Assembly: GCA_021324465.1 (NCBI GenBank)
Contig: JAJPJB010000031.1
Location: forward strand, 5,307-69,306
From: Hyphomicrobiaceae bacterium
GTDB taxonomy: Bacteria > Pseudomonadota > Alphaproteobacteria > Rhizobiales > Xanthobacteraceae
Direction of reading: 5' to 3'
Length of the DNA stretch: 64,000 bases
Position 1 is the first letter of the stretch, and every line of letters begins with the position of its first letter. Made by a program: the position numbers and the translations under genes. This document shows, piece by piece, positions 9,386 to 19,238 of this stretch. Below the pieces are notes generated by a model that worked only from the letters and a program-made list of their open reading frames with translations, was not told the origin of the DNA and ran no database searches.

Positions 9386-10798
9386 TCACACCGTCCGGCT
9401 GCCAAGCAGCTTACGAACATCCGCAAGATGTCCGGCGACGGCAGCCGCCGCCACCATGGCCGGCGACATCAGGTGCGTGCGCGCGCCCGGACCTTGGCGT
9501 CCGCGAAAATTGCGGTTGGTCGTAGAAGCGCAGCGCTCGCCCGGTGCCACCAGATCGCCGTTGATGCCGACGCACATGGAGCAACCCGATTCACCCCACT
9601 CGAGGCCGGCATCGCGGAAGATGCGATCGAGCCCCTCCTGCTCCGCCTGCCGCTTGACCAGCGAGGACCCGGCCGAAACCAGGCCCGGAACCTTGCTGGT
9701 GCGGCCCGCCAGCACGGCGGCGGCGGCGCGTAGATCCTCAATGCGGGCGTTGGTGCACGAACCAATAAACACACGATCGACAGCAATGTCGGTCAGCCTT
9801 TTTCCGGGGGCTATCCCCATATAGTCGAGCGCATCGCGCAAATATTTGGCGCGCTCGGTATTGGGCTCGCGTGCCGGATCCGGCGCGCTGGCATCGATCG
9901 GCAGCGCATCTTGCGGGCTTATGCCCCAGGTGACGATCGGCGCGATCTGGCCGCCGTCGAGACTGACCTCACGATCGAATTCGGCGTTTTCATCGCTTGC
10001 AAGTTTCGACCAGACCTCGACGGCGCGGTCGAATTCTGCGCCTGCCGGGGCATAAGGCCGACCCTTCACATAGGCGAAGGCCGCAGCGTCGGGCGCAATC
10101 AGCCCGCAGCGTGCGCCCGCTTCGATTGACATGTTGCAAAGTGTGAGCCGCCCTTCCATCGAAAGAGCGCGGATCGCCGAACCGGCAAACTCGACCGCAC
10201 ATCCCGTCGCGCCGTCGGCGCCGATCTGGCTGATGATCGACAGTACGATGTCCTTGGCGGAGATTCCGGGCGCCGTCTTGCCGGTCACAGTGATGCGCAT
10301 GCGTTGCGGCTTCTTTTGCCAAATCGTCTGCGTCATCAGCACGTGCGCCACCTCGGAAGCGCCGATGCCGAAGGCATAAGCGCCGAGCGCGCCGTGGGTC
10401 GACGTGTGGCTGTCGCCGCAGACGATCAGCAGCCCGGGCAAGCTCAACCCCTGCTCCGGCCCGACAACATGCACGATACCTTGGCGAGGGTCATCGAGGC
10501 CGAATAGCCTGATGTCGTGCTTTTTGGTGTTGCTCTCAACCTGGCGCACCATGCGCGCGATTTCGGAATTGGCGATATCATAGCGCGAACCGCGCGTCGG
10601 CACATAGTGGTCTGCCACCCCGAAAGTCAGCCCCGGTTCGGCGACCTTGGCACCGCGCTGGTCGAGCTTGGCGAAGGCGTGAAACGAGCCCTCATGGACA
10701 TAGTGGCGATCTACCCACAGGAGGGACTCGCCGTCGTGGCGCCGTACAATTTCATGGCTGCTCCACAACTTGTCGATGATGGTCTGCGGCTGGCTCAT
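9386..10798 (-). CDS. leuC: 3-isopropylmalate dehydratase large subunit family (LeuC-type aconitase-fold hydro-lyase; probable paralog)
   Basis: Start moved to MSQPQTIIDKLWSSHEIV (ATG comp. 10798), giving 470 aa. Fe-S Cys motifs IGSCTNARIEDL and SGCSMCVG. VCGDSHTSTHGALGA. Confidence 0.85.
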   Translation of the reverse strand: MSQPQTIIDKLWSSHEIVRRHDGESLLWVDRHYVHEGSFHAFAKLDQRGAKVAEPGLTFGVADHYVPTRGSRYDIANSEIARMVRQVESNTKKHDIRLFGLDDPRQGIVHVVGPEQGLSLPGLLIVCGDSHTSTHGALGAYAFGIGASEVAHVLMTQTIWQKKPQRMRITVTGKTAPGISAKDIVLSIISQIGADGATGCAVEFAGSAIRALSMEGRLTLCNMSIEAGARCGLIAPDAAAFAYVKGRPYAPAGAEFDRAVEVWSKLASDENAEFDREVSLDGGQIAPIVTWGISPQDALPIDASAPDPAREPNTERAKYLRDALDYMGIAPGKRLTDIAVDRVFIGSCTNARIEDLRAAAAVLAGRTSKVPGLVSAGSSLVKRQAEQEGLDRIFRDAGLEWGESGCSMCVGINGDLVAPGERCASTTNRNFRGRQGPGARTHLMSPAMVAAAAVAGHLADVRKLLGSRTV

Positions 10799-10887
10799 GC
10801 CCGTAGGACCATACGCTCCCTGCACAATCAGGATAGTATAGCTACCGCTTTGGACCAATGTTAGGCTTGACCGATCAGGAGGGGCAC

Positions 10888-12123
10888 ATGTCTCGTCGAT
10901 CGTTGCATCTGAGTCGCCGCACATTCTTACGCAGCACCGCGCTGGGCGCGACGGCATCAATCGGCCTCTTGCATTCACCGGCCGTGCTGCGCGCGCAAGG
11001 AGCTGCAGTGAAAATCGGTGTGCTTCATCCCGTGTCGGGTGCGCTCTCCTATTCGGGGCAGCAGGGCCGCCTCGGCGCCACCATGGCCATCGACGACATC
11101 AACGCTGCCGGCGGCATCAAGGCGTTGGGCGGCGCCAAGATTGACCCCATGCTCGGTGATGCGCAATCGACACCGGACGGCGGCAATGCCGAAGTCGAAA
11201 AGATGAACGCCGCCGGCGTGTGCGCGGTGGTCGGCGGCTATGCCAGCGCCATCTGCCTGTCGGCGACCCAGACCGCGGCGCGTTACGACCTGCCCTATGT
11301 GGTCGATGTCGGCGTCGTAGACAGCATTGTCACCCGCGGCTTGAAGAACACATTCCGCTTCGGACCAGGCTTTGGCGTGATTGCCAAGACCGCGCTCGAG
11401 AATTTGGTGACGATCAATGATCAGGCCGGCAAGCCGGCAAAGACCGTCATGATCGTGCACGAGGATTCTGCCTTTGGCGCGGGCTTGGCCAAGCTTCTGA
11501 ACGCACAGCTGCCGGACCGCGGTTTCCAGGTCTTGGAGACCATCCCGCACCCGACCCCGATGCGCGAATTCGAAAGCGTAGTGCTCAAAATCAAGGCACA
11601 GAACCCCGACATCATCATCCCGGCGAACTACTATAATGAATATGTCCTGCTCGCCCGCACGCTACAGCAGCAGCGTGTGCGCCCGAAAGGCATCTATTCC
11701 GTGCTCGGCGGTGCCGCCTCATCCTACAAATTCGTCAAGGAATTTCCCGAGGCGGCCAAATACATCATGGACTGCAATCATTGGTTCGATCCCAAAAATC
11801 CCAAGGCTCTGGCCCTCAAGAAGCGGGTCGAGGACAAGGGCCAGTTCTATACCTATGAAGTCTACATGAACTATTCCTGCATGCTGCTGCTTGCCGATGC
11901 GCTTGAGCGCGCCGCGAGCACCGATCGCGCGAAAATCACCGATGCGCTCGCAACCTCGACCTTCAGCGGCCATCTGATGCCCTACGGGCCGACCAAGTTC
12001 GTCAACGGCCAGAACCAGGGTGCGGCGCCGGTAAATACTCAGGTGCTCGACAACGACATCCAGGTAATCCTGCCGGCACAGTTCGCCTCAGCGAAGCCGG
12101 TGTTCCCGATGCCGCCCGCCTGA
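10888..12123 (+). CDS. Branched-chain amino acid-type (LivJ/K family) ABC substrate-binding protein, Tat-like leader
   Basis: MSRRSLHLSRRTFLRSTALGA leader after AGGAGGGG RBS. VKIGVLHPVSGALSYSGQQGRLGATMAIDDINAAGGI. Confidence 0.85.
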   Translation: MSRRSLHLSRRTFLRSTALGATASIGLLHSPAVLRAQGAAVKIGVLHPVSGALSYSGQQGRLGATMAIDDINAAGGIKALGGAKIDPMLGDAQSTPDGGNAEVEKMNAAGVCAVVGGYASAICLSATQTAARYDLPYVVDVGVVDSIVTRGLKNTFRFGPGFGVIAKTALENLVTINDQAGKPAKTVMIVHEDSAFGAGLAKLLNAQLPDRGFQVLETIPHPTPMREFESVVLKIKAQNPDIIIPANYYNEYVLLARTLQQQRVRPKGIYSVLGGAASSYKFVKEFPEAAKYIMDCNHWFDPKNPKALALKKRVEDKGQFYTYEVYMNYSCMLLLADALERAASTDRAKITDALATSTFSGHLMPYGPTKFVNGQNQGAAPVNTQVLDNDIQVILPAQFASAKPVFPMPPA

Positions 12124-12140
12124 GCGCTGACCGTGTCGGA

Positions 12141-13028
12141 GTGCCGATCGCCGCCATGCTGTCTCCGGTCATTTTGTTGCCCGCCATACTCAATGGCCTG
12201 ATGACCGGTGCCATCTATGCGTTGGTGGCGCTCGGCCTCACGCTGATCTACGGCGTGTTGCACATCATCAATTTTGCTCATGGCGCACTGTTGACGGCCG
12301 CCATGTTCGCCGCGTTCTTTGCGTATACGCTGCTCGGCCTCGATCCTTATCTTGCCGTCTTTGTCCTCGCCCCGCTGTTTTTTGTGGCCGGTTACGCCCT
12401 GCAGCGCTTTGTCATCGGGCCTGCGGCACATGGCGAAGACCGCAATTTTCTCCTGGTCACGCTTGGGCTGGCGGTACTGATCGAGAATGCCCTGCTCTAT
12501 TTCTTCCGAGCCGATACGCGCACCATCGATTTGCCCTATGCCTTCAACGTAATCGAACTCGGTCCAGCCTTTATCGCCGTGCCGCGCATTGTTGCGTTCG
12601 TCACGGTCATTGTCGTTGCGCTGGCGCTGTGGGCAATCATGCAATGGACGGACACCGGCAAAGCGATCCGCGCGGTGGCCAGAGAGAAGCTCGGCGCTGA
12701 ACTCTGCGGCATTAATGTCACACATATCTTCGCCATTACATTCGGTCTCGGCACCGCTTGCGTCGCCGTCGCTGCCTGTCTCCTGATCCCAACCTACTAC
12801 GTCAATCCGACGGCGGGTGAAGCCTTCGTGCTCATCGCATTTACTGTCGTTGTGCTCGGCGGCATGGGTTCGGTCGCGGGCGCGCTCATCGGCGGCTTAT
12901 GTGTCGGCGTCATTGAAAGCCTGTCCAGCGTGTTTTTCGGCGAGTCATTGGGGCAGATCGGCATATTTGCATCATTTATCGTGACGCTGCTCGTGCGGCC
13001 GAGCGGCCTGTTCGGCGCACGGGCGTGA
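12141..13028 (+). CDS. livH: Branched-chain amino acid ABC transporter permease (LivH type)
   Basis: 295 aa, multi-TM. LNGLMTGAIYALVALGLTLIYGVLHIINFAHG signature. Confidence 0.85.
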   Translation: MPIAAMLSPVILLPAILNGLMTGAIYALVALGLTLIYGVLHIINFAHGALLTAAMFAAFFAYTLLGLDPYLAVFVLAPLFFVAGYALQRFVIGPAAHGEDRNFLLVTLGLAVLIENALLYFFRADTRTIDLPYAFNVIELGPAFIAVPRIVAFVTVIVVALALWAIMQWTDTGKAIRAVAREKLGAELCGINVTHIFAITFGLGTACVAVAACLLIPTYYVNPTAGEAFVLIAFTVVVLGGMGSVAGALIGGLCVGVIESLSSVFFGESLGQIGIFASFIVTLLVRPSGLFGARA

Positions 13029-14005
13029 AAACCTATCTGTCCATCATTGTCGTTGTCGCGCTGCTTGCCGCGGTGCCAATGGTCACGACGTCGAATGTCG
13101 TCCTGAATTTTCTGGTCACGGCATTACTGATCGCGCTCGCCGGCCAGGGCTGGAATTTGCTGGGCGGGTATGGCGGGCAATATTCGTTCGGACACGCCGC
13201 GTTCTTTGGCACCGCTGCCTATGCGACCGCCATCCTGCAAGTGCGCTACGGCCTCAACGCCTGGGTCGGCTCGTTCATCGGCATGGCGGCGGGCGCTCTC
13301 GTCGGCGCGGTTATCGGCGCGCTGACCTTTCGCTCCGGGCTGAGAGGCTCATATTTTTCCCTGGTCACGCTTGCGTTTGCCGAGGTGCTGCGCATCATCG
13401 CCAGTGTCGCTCCGATCACCGGTGCCGGAGTTGGTACTTTGATCCCGCTCGATTTGCATGCACGCGCCTTTCAGTTTCAAAGCCGCACACCGTTTTATTT
13501 CATCGCATTGGCACTGGTCGCAGTGTCCTTGACGGTCATTCGCGCCATAGAGAACAGCCGCTTTGGCGCGTACCTTGTCGCCGTGCGTGAAAACGAAGAC
13601 GCAGCGAGCGCACTCGGCGTTGATGCCTTCTCGGTCAAGCTCTGCGCCATCACCATCTCTGCGGCGATCACGGCGGCAGCGGGGTGTTTCTACGCGCAGT
13701 ATTTCTTGTTTATCGATGCGGGGATCGCCTATGGCCCGTGGATCTCGATCGACGCCCTGCTCGCTCCGATCGTCGGCGGCGCCGGCACTGTCTTCGGGCC
13801 GCTCCTCGGTGCGCTCGCCATCAAGACGCTTGGCGAGACGACCAAGCTGATAGCAGCTGACGCACCCGGCCTCGACCTCATGTTTTATGGTCTGCTTTTG
13901 GTCGGCATCGTCGGACTGGCGCCGCGCGGCATCGCCGGGCTGTCGAGAGCGATCTCTCGGCCGCGCCGCTCAAGCATCTCGACGCCGGACGGTAGCCGTG
14001 GCTGA
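13025..14005 (+). CDS. livM: Branched-chain amino acid ABC transporter permease (LivM type)
   Basis: ALAGQGWNLLGGYGGQYSFGHAAFFGTAAY signature. Start overlaps the livH stop. Confidence 0.85.
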   Translation: MKTYLSIIVVVALLAAVPMVTTSNVVLNFLVTALLIALAGQGWNLLGGYGGQYSFGHAAFFGTAAYATAILQVRYGLNAWVGSFIGMAAGALVGAVIGALTFRSGLRGSYFSLVTLAFAEVLRIIASVAPITGAGVGTLIPLDLHARAFQFQSRTPFYFIALALVAVSLTVIRAIENSRFGAYLVAVRENEDAASALGVDAFSVKLCAITISAAITAAAGCFYAQYFLFIDAGIAYGPWISIDALLAPIVGGAGTVFGPLLGALAIKTLGETTKLIAADAPGLDLMFYGLLLVGIVGLAPRGIAGLSRAISRPRRSSISTPDGSRG

Positions 14006-14753
14006 GACGCTTTTGAAGGTCGACAATATCTCGAAACGTTTCGGCGGCCTGCTCGCCGTAAACGAAGCATCATTCAGCGTCGCAGTCGGTCGCATTACCG
14101 CGTTGATCGGACCGAACGGCGCTGGCAAAACCACACTGTTCTCGATCATCGCCGGATTTCTATTGCCGGACGGCGGCCGTGTCGTTTATGACGGCACTGA
14201 CATTACGGGCGAGGCGCCGCACCGGCTCGCCCGGCGCGGCATCGCGCGGACCTTCCAGATCGTTCAGCCATTCGCCGGTCTCACTGTGCGTGAGAACATC
14301 GCAATCGGCGCGCATTTGTCGCGCCGCGGCCGCAGCGAAGCGCTTAGTGCAGCCGGTGAAGTTGCCCGGTCGGTCGGACTTGGCGCACAACTCGAAGCCC
14401 CGGCGGCGGCACTGACGGTCGCGGGCCGTAAGCGACTGGAGCTCGCCCGCGCGCTTGCAATCATGCCCCGGCTTCTTCTGCTTGATGAAGTGCTGGCCGG
14501 ACTGAACCCGTCGGAGATCCGCGACATGATCCCGGTCATCCGCGGCATTGCCGATGCCGGCGTAACGGTGCTGATGACCGAGCATGTCATGCAAGCGGTC
14601 ATGCGCCTCGCCGAGCAAGTGCTTGTTCTGGCAGAAGGTCGCATCATCGCGCAAGGCACGCCGCAGCAAGTCGCTGCCGACCAGCGCGTTATCGAGGCCT
14701 ATCTCGGTCATGGAGCCGCGCGGCGGATGGCGGTTGGAGCCGGTCATGATTGA
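13998..14753 (+). CDS. livG: ABC transporter ATP-binding protein (LivG type)
   Basis: GTG at 13998 overlaps the livM stop. LLKVDNISKRFGGLLAVNEASF, Walker A GPNGAGKTT, signature LTVAGRKRLELARAL. Confidence 0.85.
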   Translation: MAETLLKVDNISKRFGGLLAVNEASFSVAVGRITALIGPNGAGKTTLFSIIAGFLLPDGGRVVYDGTDITGEAPHRLARRGIARTFQIVQPFAGLTVRENIAIGAHLSRRGRSEALSAAGEVARSVGLGAQLEAPAAALTVAGRKRLELARALAIMPRLLLLDEVLAGLNPSEIRDMIPVIRGIADAGVTVLMTEHVMQAVMRLAEQVLVLAEGRIIAQGTPQQVAADQRVIEAYLGHGAARRMAVGAGHD

Positions 14754-15474
14754 ACCGCCGGCATCCGAGCCGCTTCTGGCCGTGAACGGCGTGCACGCAG
14801 GCTACGGCGGCAGCGAAGTCCTACGCGGGGTCGACTTTGCCGTGTATGCCGGCGAGATCGTCACAGTGCTGGGCGCAAACGGCGCGGGAAAATCGACCCT
14901 CAGCATGACCATTTCCGGCGTGATCAAGTCGTGGCAAGGCAGCATTCGCTTCAAGGGCGCGGCCATCGAGCGCAAGCCGCCAGCGGATATTGTCGCGCAA
15001 GGTCTTATCCATGTCCCTGAAGGCCGCCGAATCTTCCCGAACATGACGGTACGCGAGAACCTGGATCTCGGAACCTATCGCCGCGCCCGCAGCCGCCGCG
15101 CCGCCAATCGCGACAGGGTTTTTGCTGCTTTCCCACGTCTCGCCGAGCGACAGTCGCAGCGCGCCGGTACGCTGTCCGGCGGCGAGCAGCAAATGCTTGC
15201 CATCGGCCGGGGTCTCATGGCGGAGCCCGAATTGTTGCTGCTGGACGAACCGTCGCTCGGCCTATCACCGCTTCTTGTCGAAGAATTGTTCGCGCTGATC
15301 AAAGGCATTCACGCGCAAGGCATCGCGCTTTTGCTGATCGAGCAGAATGTGGTGCAAAGCCTCGAAGTGGCGCAGCGCGCCTATATTCTCGACAATGGCT
15401 GCGTCGTGCTCGAGGGCCCCGCGACCGACATTGAAAAGGATCCCGCGCTCAGACGCGCCTATTTGGGGTTATGA
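14746..15474 (+). CDS. livF: ABC transporter ATP-binding protein (LivF type)
   Basis: ATG 14746 overlaps the livG stop. GANGAGKST Walker A, LSGGEQQMLAIGRGL signature. Confidence 0.85.
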   Translation: MIEPPASEPLLAVNGVHAGYGGSEVLRGVDFAVYAGEIVTVLGANGAGKSTLSMTISGVIKSWQGSIRFKGAAIERKPPADIVAQGLIHVPEGRRIFPNMTVRENLDLGTYRRARSRRAANRDRVFAAFPRLAERQSQRAGTLSGGEQQMLAIGRGLMAEPELLLLDEPSLGLSPLLVEELFALIKGIHAQGIALLLIEQNVVQSLEVAQRAYILDNGCVVLEGPATDIEKDPALRRAYLGL

Positions 15475-16346
15475 AGATGGCTGAGCCCGAAACCCTGAAC
15501 TCGCGTCTTGCGCGCAAGCCGATCATCGTCGCACCTGGAATTTATGATGCCTTCACGGCGCTGCTGGCGCAGCAGGCGGGGTTCTCAACGCTTTATGTAT
15601 CCGGCGCCGCGATTGCCTATACGCGGCTCGGCCGGCCCGATATCGGCCTGGTCAGCATGTCGGAAGTTGCGCAGACCCTGGCCCTGATCCGTGAGCGCGT
15701 TACGGCCCATCTGATTGTTGACGCCGACACCGGCTATGGCAACGCACTCAATGTGAGGCGCACGGTGCAAGAATTCGAGCGGGCGGGCGCCAATGCCATC
15801 CAGATCGAGGATCAGGATTTTCCCAAGCGCTGCGGCCATCTCGACGATAAGACGGTGATCCCGGCGTCCGAGATGTGCGGCAAGATCCGTGCAGCGCTGG
15901 ATGCCCGGCGCAAGCGCGAGACGCTCATCATCGCACGGACCGACGCGCTTGCCGCCGAAGGCTTCGAACCGGCAATCGAACGCGCCGATATGTACCGCGC
16001 AGCCGGAGCCGACATCCTGTTTGTCGAGGCGCCGAAGACGCGCGATGATCTGCGCCGGGTGGCTGACACCTTCAGCGGCAAGGTGCCGCTCATGGCGAAT
16101 ATGGTGGAAGGCGGCAAGACGCCGCTAGTGCCGGCCGCGGAGCTTGACGCCATGGGCTTCGCGTTGGTGATTTTTCCGGGCGGCATCGTCCGTGCCCTTG
16201 GTCGGCTGGCCAGCGACTACTACGCATCCCTGGCGGCGCATGGCACATCCGAGCCGTTCAGCAACCGCATGCTCGACTTTAACAGTCTCAACGATCTGAT
16301 CGGCACACCGGAAATGCTCGCCCTGGGCAAACGTTATGACGCGTAG
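15471..16346 (+). CDS. Isocitrate lyase/PEP mutase superfamily protein (2-methylisocitrate/dimethylmalate lyase or carboxyvinyl-carboxyphosphonate phosphorylmutase-like)
   Basis: ATGA overlap with the livF stop. PIIVAPGIYDAFTALLAQQAGFSTLYVSGAAIAY...DADTGYGNALNV...IEDQDFPKRCGH superfamily motifs. Confidence 0.8.
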   Translation: MKMAEPETLNSRLARKPIIVAPGIYDAFTALLAQQAGFSTLYVSGAAIAYTRLGRPDIGLVSMSEVAQTLALIRERVTAHLIVDADTGYGNALNVRRTVQEFERAGANAIQIEDQDFPKRCGHLDDKTVIPASEMCGKIRAALDARRKRETLIIARTDALAAEGFEPAIERADMYRAAGADILFVEAPKTRDDLRRVADTFSGKVPLMANMVEGGKTPLVPAAELDAMGFALVIFPGGIVRALGRLASDYYASLAAHGTSEPFSNRMLDFNSLNDLIGTPEMLALGKRYDA

Positions 16347-16406
16347 ACCAGTCGCGGCAGATTAAAACCTTGATGCGAGCCGGCATTACGGAATGAGGGA
16401 AACTGC

Positions 16407-17882
16407 ATGTCGAAACCATTCGACCTTGTAATCAAAAATGTCCGTGTCGTGCGTCCAAAAAAAACATCGGTCGACTGCCTCGATATCGGCATCAAGGACG
16501 GCAAGATCAGCCAGCTCGCACCCAACCTGCAGCCCGATCAAGCCGGACAGGCTTTCGATGGCAGGAACCATCTCGCCTTCCCGGGCTGTGTCGACGCCCA
16601 CATGCATATCGGCATCTATTCGCCGCTTGCCGAGGACGCAATCACGGAAAGCAAGGCCGCGGCCATGGGCGGCGTTACCACGAGTCTCAATTACATGCGG
16701 ACAGGTCATTATTACTTGAATCGTGGCGGCCCCTATCGCGATTTCATGCCCGAAGTCTTTAGGCAATCCACCGGGCGGTTCTGGGTCGATTACGGTTATC
16801 ACATCGCGCCGATCGAGGCGGCGCATATCGATGAAATGGAGGATCTAGTTCGCGATCACGGCATCACGTCGTTCAAGATCTTCATGTTCTATGGCGGCTA
16901 CGGGCTGCACGGCCGCTCTTCGCACCAGAACGAATTTCTGATGATCAGTCCGGATGAGCGCTACGACATCGCGCATTTCGAATTCATCATGCGATCGGCG
17001 CAGCGCCTGATGGAGAAGTTTCCGGACAAGGCACCTTACATCAGCGTCAGCCTGCACTGCGAATTGGCGGACATCCTCAATGCGTATACAAAAATCGTCG
17101 AACGCGAGGGCAAGCTGACGGGTCTTGCCGCTTACAGCGCTGCTCGTCCGCCACACTCCGAAGGTCTCGCGATCTGGATCGCGTCCTATCTCGCCAACGA
17201 GACAAATTGCCTGAATATCAATCTGCTGCATCTGAGCTCGCGCAAGGCGATCGATGCGGCGTGGATCATGCAGCAGGTCTTTCCGCATGTCGCATTCCGC
17301 CGCGAAGTCACGGTGGGGCACTTGCTGCTGGATACGAGCTGCGACTGCGCCGTTCACGCCAAAGTCAATCCGCCGATTCGACCGCGCGAGGATGTCGAGG
17401 CCCTATGGCAAGCCGTGCTCGACCGCAAGGTCGATTGGATCGTCAGCGATCACGCGTGTTGTTCCGCAGAACAGAAATGGTCAAAGGACGACCCAGACAA
17501 TATTTGGCTGGCCAAATCGGGCTTCGGCGGCACGGAATATCTGCTTTCGGGCGTGATTAGCGAAGGCAGTAAGCGCGGCATGTCTTACAACCACATGGCG
17601 GAATTGCTGAGCTTCAACCCCGCCCAGCGATTCGGCTTGCTGGACAAGGGCGACATCGCGCCGGGCTATGATGCTGATATTGTGCTTGTCGACCCCCAGG
17701 CGAGCTTTGTCGTGCGTGCCTCCGAATCGGAATCGCATCAAGGCTACTCGCCGTTTGAAGGGGTCGAACTTACCGGAAGGGTCAAGAGTACCTTTCTCCG
17801 CGGGTCCTTGGTTTATGAGAATGGGAAGGTCGTGGGTCCGCCTCGAGGCAAATATCTACATCGGCCGCAGATGCGAAAATGA
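16407..17882 (+). CDS. Cyclic amidohydrolase (dihydropyrimidinase/D-hydantoinase/dihydroorotase family)
   Basis: 491 aa. FDLVIKNVRVVRP...PGCVDAHMHIG (HxH metal site)...SDHACCS. Confidence 0.8.
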   Translation: MSKPFDLVIKNVRVVRPKKTSVDCLDIGIKDGKISQLAPNLQPDQAGQAFDGRNHLAFPGCVDAHMHIGIYSPLAEDAITESKAAAMGGVTTSLNYMRTGHYYLNRGGPYRDFMPEVFRQSTGRFWVDYGYHIAPIEAAHIDEMEDLVRDHGITSFKIFMFYGGYGLHGRSSHQNEFLMISPDERYDIAHFEFIMRSAQRLMEKFPDKAPYISVSLHCELADILNAYTKIVEREGKLTGLAAYSAARPPHSEGLAIWIASYLANETNCLNINLLHLSSRKAIDAAWIMQQVFPHVAFRREVTVGHLLLDTSCDCAVHAKVNPPIRPREDVEALWQAVLDRKVDWIVSDHACCSAEQKWSKDDPDNIWLAKSGFGGTEYLLSGVISEGSKRGMSYNHMAELLSFNPAQRFGLLDKGDIAPGYDADIVLVDPQASFVVRASESESHQGYSPFEGVELTGRVKSTFLRGSLVYENGKVVGPPRGKYLHRPQMRK

Positions 17883-18080
17883 AATACGGGCGCAGAGTCC
17901 TTTCGGGTAAACATATTTGAAGCGCTTAGTGGACATAATTTGCCAGCCACAGGCGGCTGAGGCTGGGCCCGCCTCCCTCTACCATCTTGCCTGAGCGCTG
18001 CAAAAATCCTGAAATGGCATTGACGAGGGAGGTCCACATCATTGCCTGCTCGAAACGAATCGTTGCGCGATCGCCGCGAG

Positions 18081-19214
18081 ATGCACAACGCCAATGCGCT
18101 CAAAATTGGCTTCTTCGGGGCGAATTGCTCGTCGGCACGCACGGCGACGTTGGTGCCGGAGCGCTGGCTCGCGAATTGGCCGGACTGTCTCAAGCTCGCG
18201 CGCATTGCGGATGAAGCTGGCATTGACTTTCTCTTGCCGATCGGTCGCTGGAAGGGCTATGGCGGAAGCAGCGACTTCCACGGCACAACGCTCGAGACTG
18301 TGACCTGGGCTTGCGGCCTGCTTGCGGTGACGCAGCGGATCACAGTCTTCGGAACGGTGCATGCGCCACTGTTCCACCCGCTTATCGCTGCCAAGGAGTT
18401 TGTCACGGCCGATCACATCGGTGAAGGCCGCTTCGGACTGAACATCGTCGCCGGCTGGAACGAAGATGAATTCGCGATGTTTGGCGTGCCGCAGCGCGAG
18501 CACCCCGATCGCTACGAATTTACCCAAGAGTGGATCGATATAGTCAAGCGCGCCTGGTCGGAAGATGAATTCGATTTCGACGGCAAATTTTTCAAGCTTT
18601 CCGGAGTGCGCGCCAAGCCGAAGCCCTTTGGCGACACCCGTCCGGTCATCATGAACGCCGGCAGGTCCGGCGCCGGCCAGGCTTTCGCATTGCGTAATTG
18701 CGACGCCTTTTTCACATCGACCGGAGCGCTGCGCCTTGCACTTGCCGGTACCGCAGACGACAGGGCCGATGTGACTGCGTACGATCGCATTGTCCAGCAC
18801 GTCCGCGGCATCAAGAACGAGGCGCGTCAGCTTGGTCGGGAGATCGACGTCTTTACTCAGGGCCAGGTGATCTGTCGGCCCACGCAACGGGAGGCTGAAG
18901 ACTACTATCGCTATGCGAATGTCGAGAACGCAGACTGGGCTGCCATCGAGCAAATGCTCGCGCTTAAGAACATCACCCGGCAAAACACCGAGGCTCGCGA
19001 ATATTTGGCCAAACGGTCGTTGCAAGCGGAGAGCGGGATCGGCGGCTATCCCTTTGTTGGAACGCCGGACAAGGTCGCCGAGGAGTTTGCCGCCATCAGC
19101 CGCGCCGGCTTGCGCGGCATCGCGATCTCTTTCGTGAACTACCTCAAGGAGGCGCCCTATTTCTGCGCCGAGGTGCTGCCCCGCTTGGCACGGCTGGGGC
19201 TCAGATCGAATTAG
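18081..19214 (+). CDS. LLM-class flavin-dependent monooxygenase (RutA/SfnG-like)
   Basis: MHNANALKIGFFGANCS...GRFGLNIVAGWNEDEFAMFG luciferase-like pattern. The track start 18042 is an alternative. Confidence 0.8.
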   Translation: MHNANALKIGFFGANCSSARTATLVPERWLANWPDCLKLARIADEAGIDFLLPIGRWKGYGGSSDFHGTTLETVTWACGLLAVTQRITVFGTVHAPLFHPLIAAKEFVTADHIGEGRFGLNIVAGWNEDEFAMFGVPQREHPDRYEFTQEWIDIVKRAWSEDEFDFDGKFFKLSGVRAKPKPFGDTRPVIMNAGRSGAGQAFALRNCDAFFTSTGALRLALAGTADDRADVTAYDRIVQHVRGIKNEARQLGREIDVFTQGQVICRPTQREAEDYYRYANVENADWAAIEQMLALKNITRQNTEAREYLAKRSLQAESGIGGYPFVGTPDKVAEEFAAISRAGLRGIAISFVNYLKEAPYFCAEVLPRLARLGLRSN

Positions 19215-19238
19215 GCGCGGTCGGCAGTCAGTGGAGCC

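Noticed and set aside
8759-10798. Calling these genes simply the housekeeping leucine-biosynthesis leuCD
   Set aside because: Not excluded. The context (Bug binding protein, divergent Liv importer coupled to an ICL-family lyase, no leuB or leuA nearby) points to a catabolic paralog. The family call is kept and the function is flagged as uncertain.
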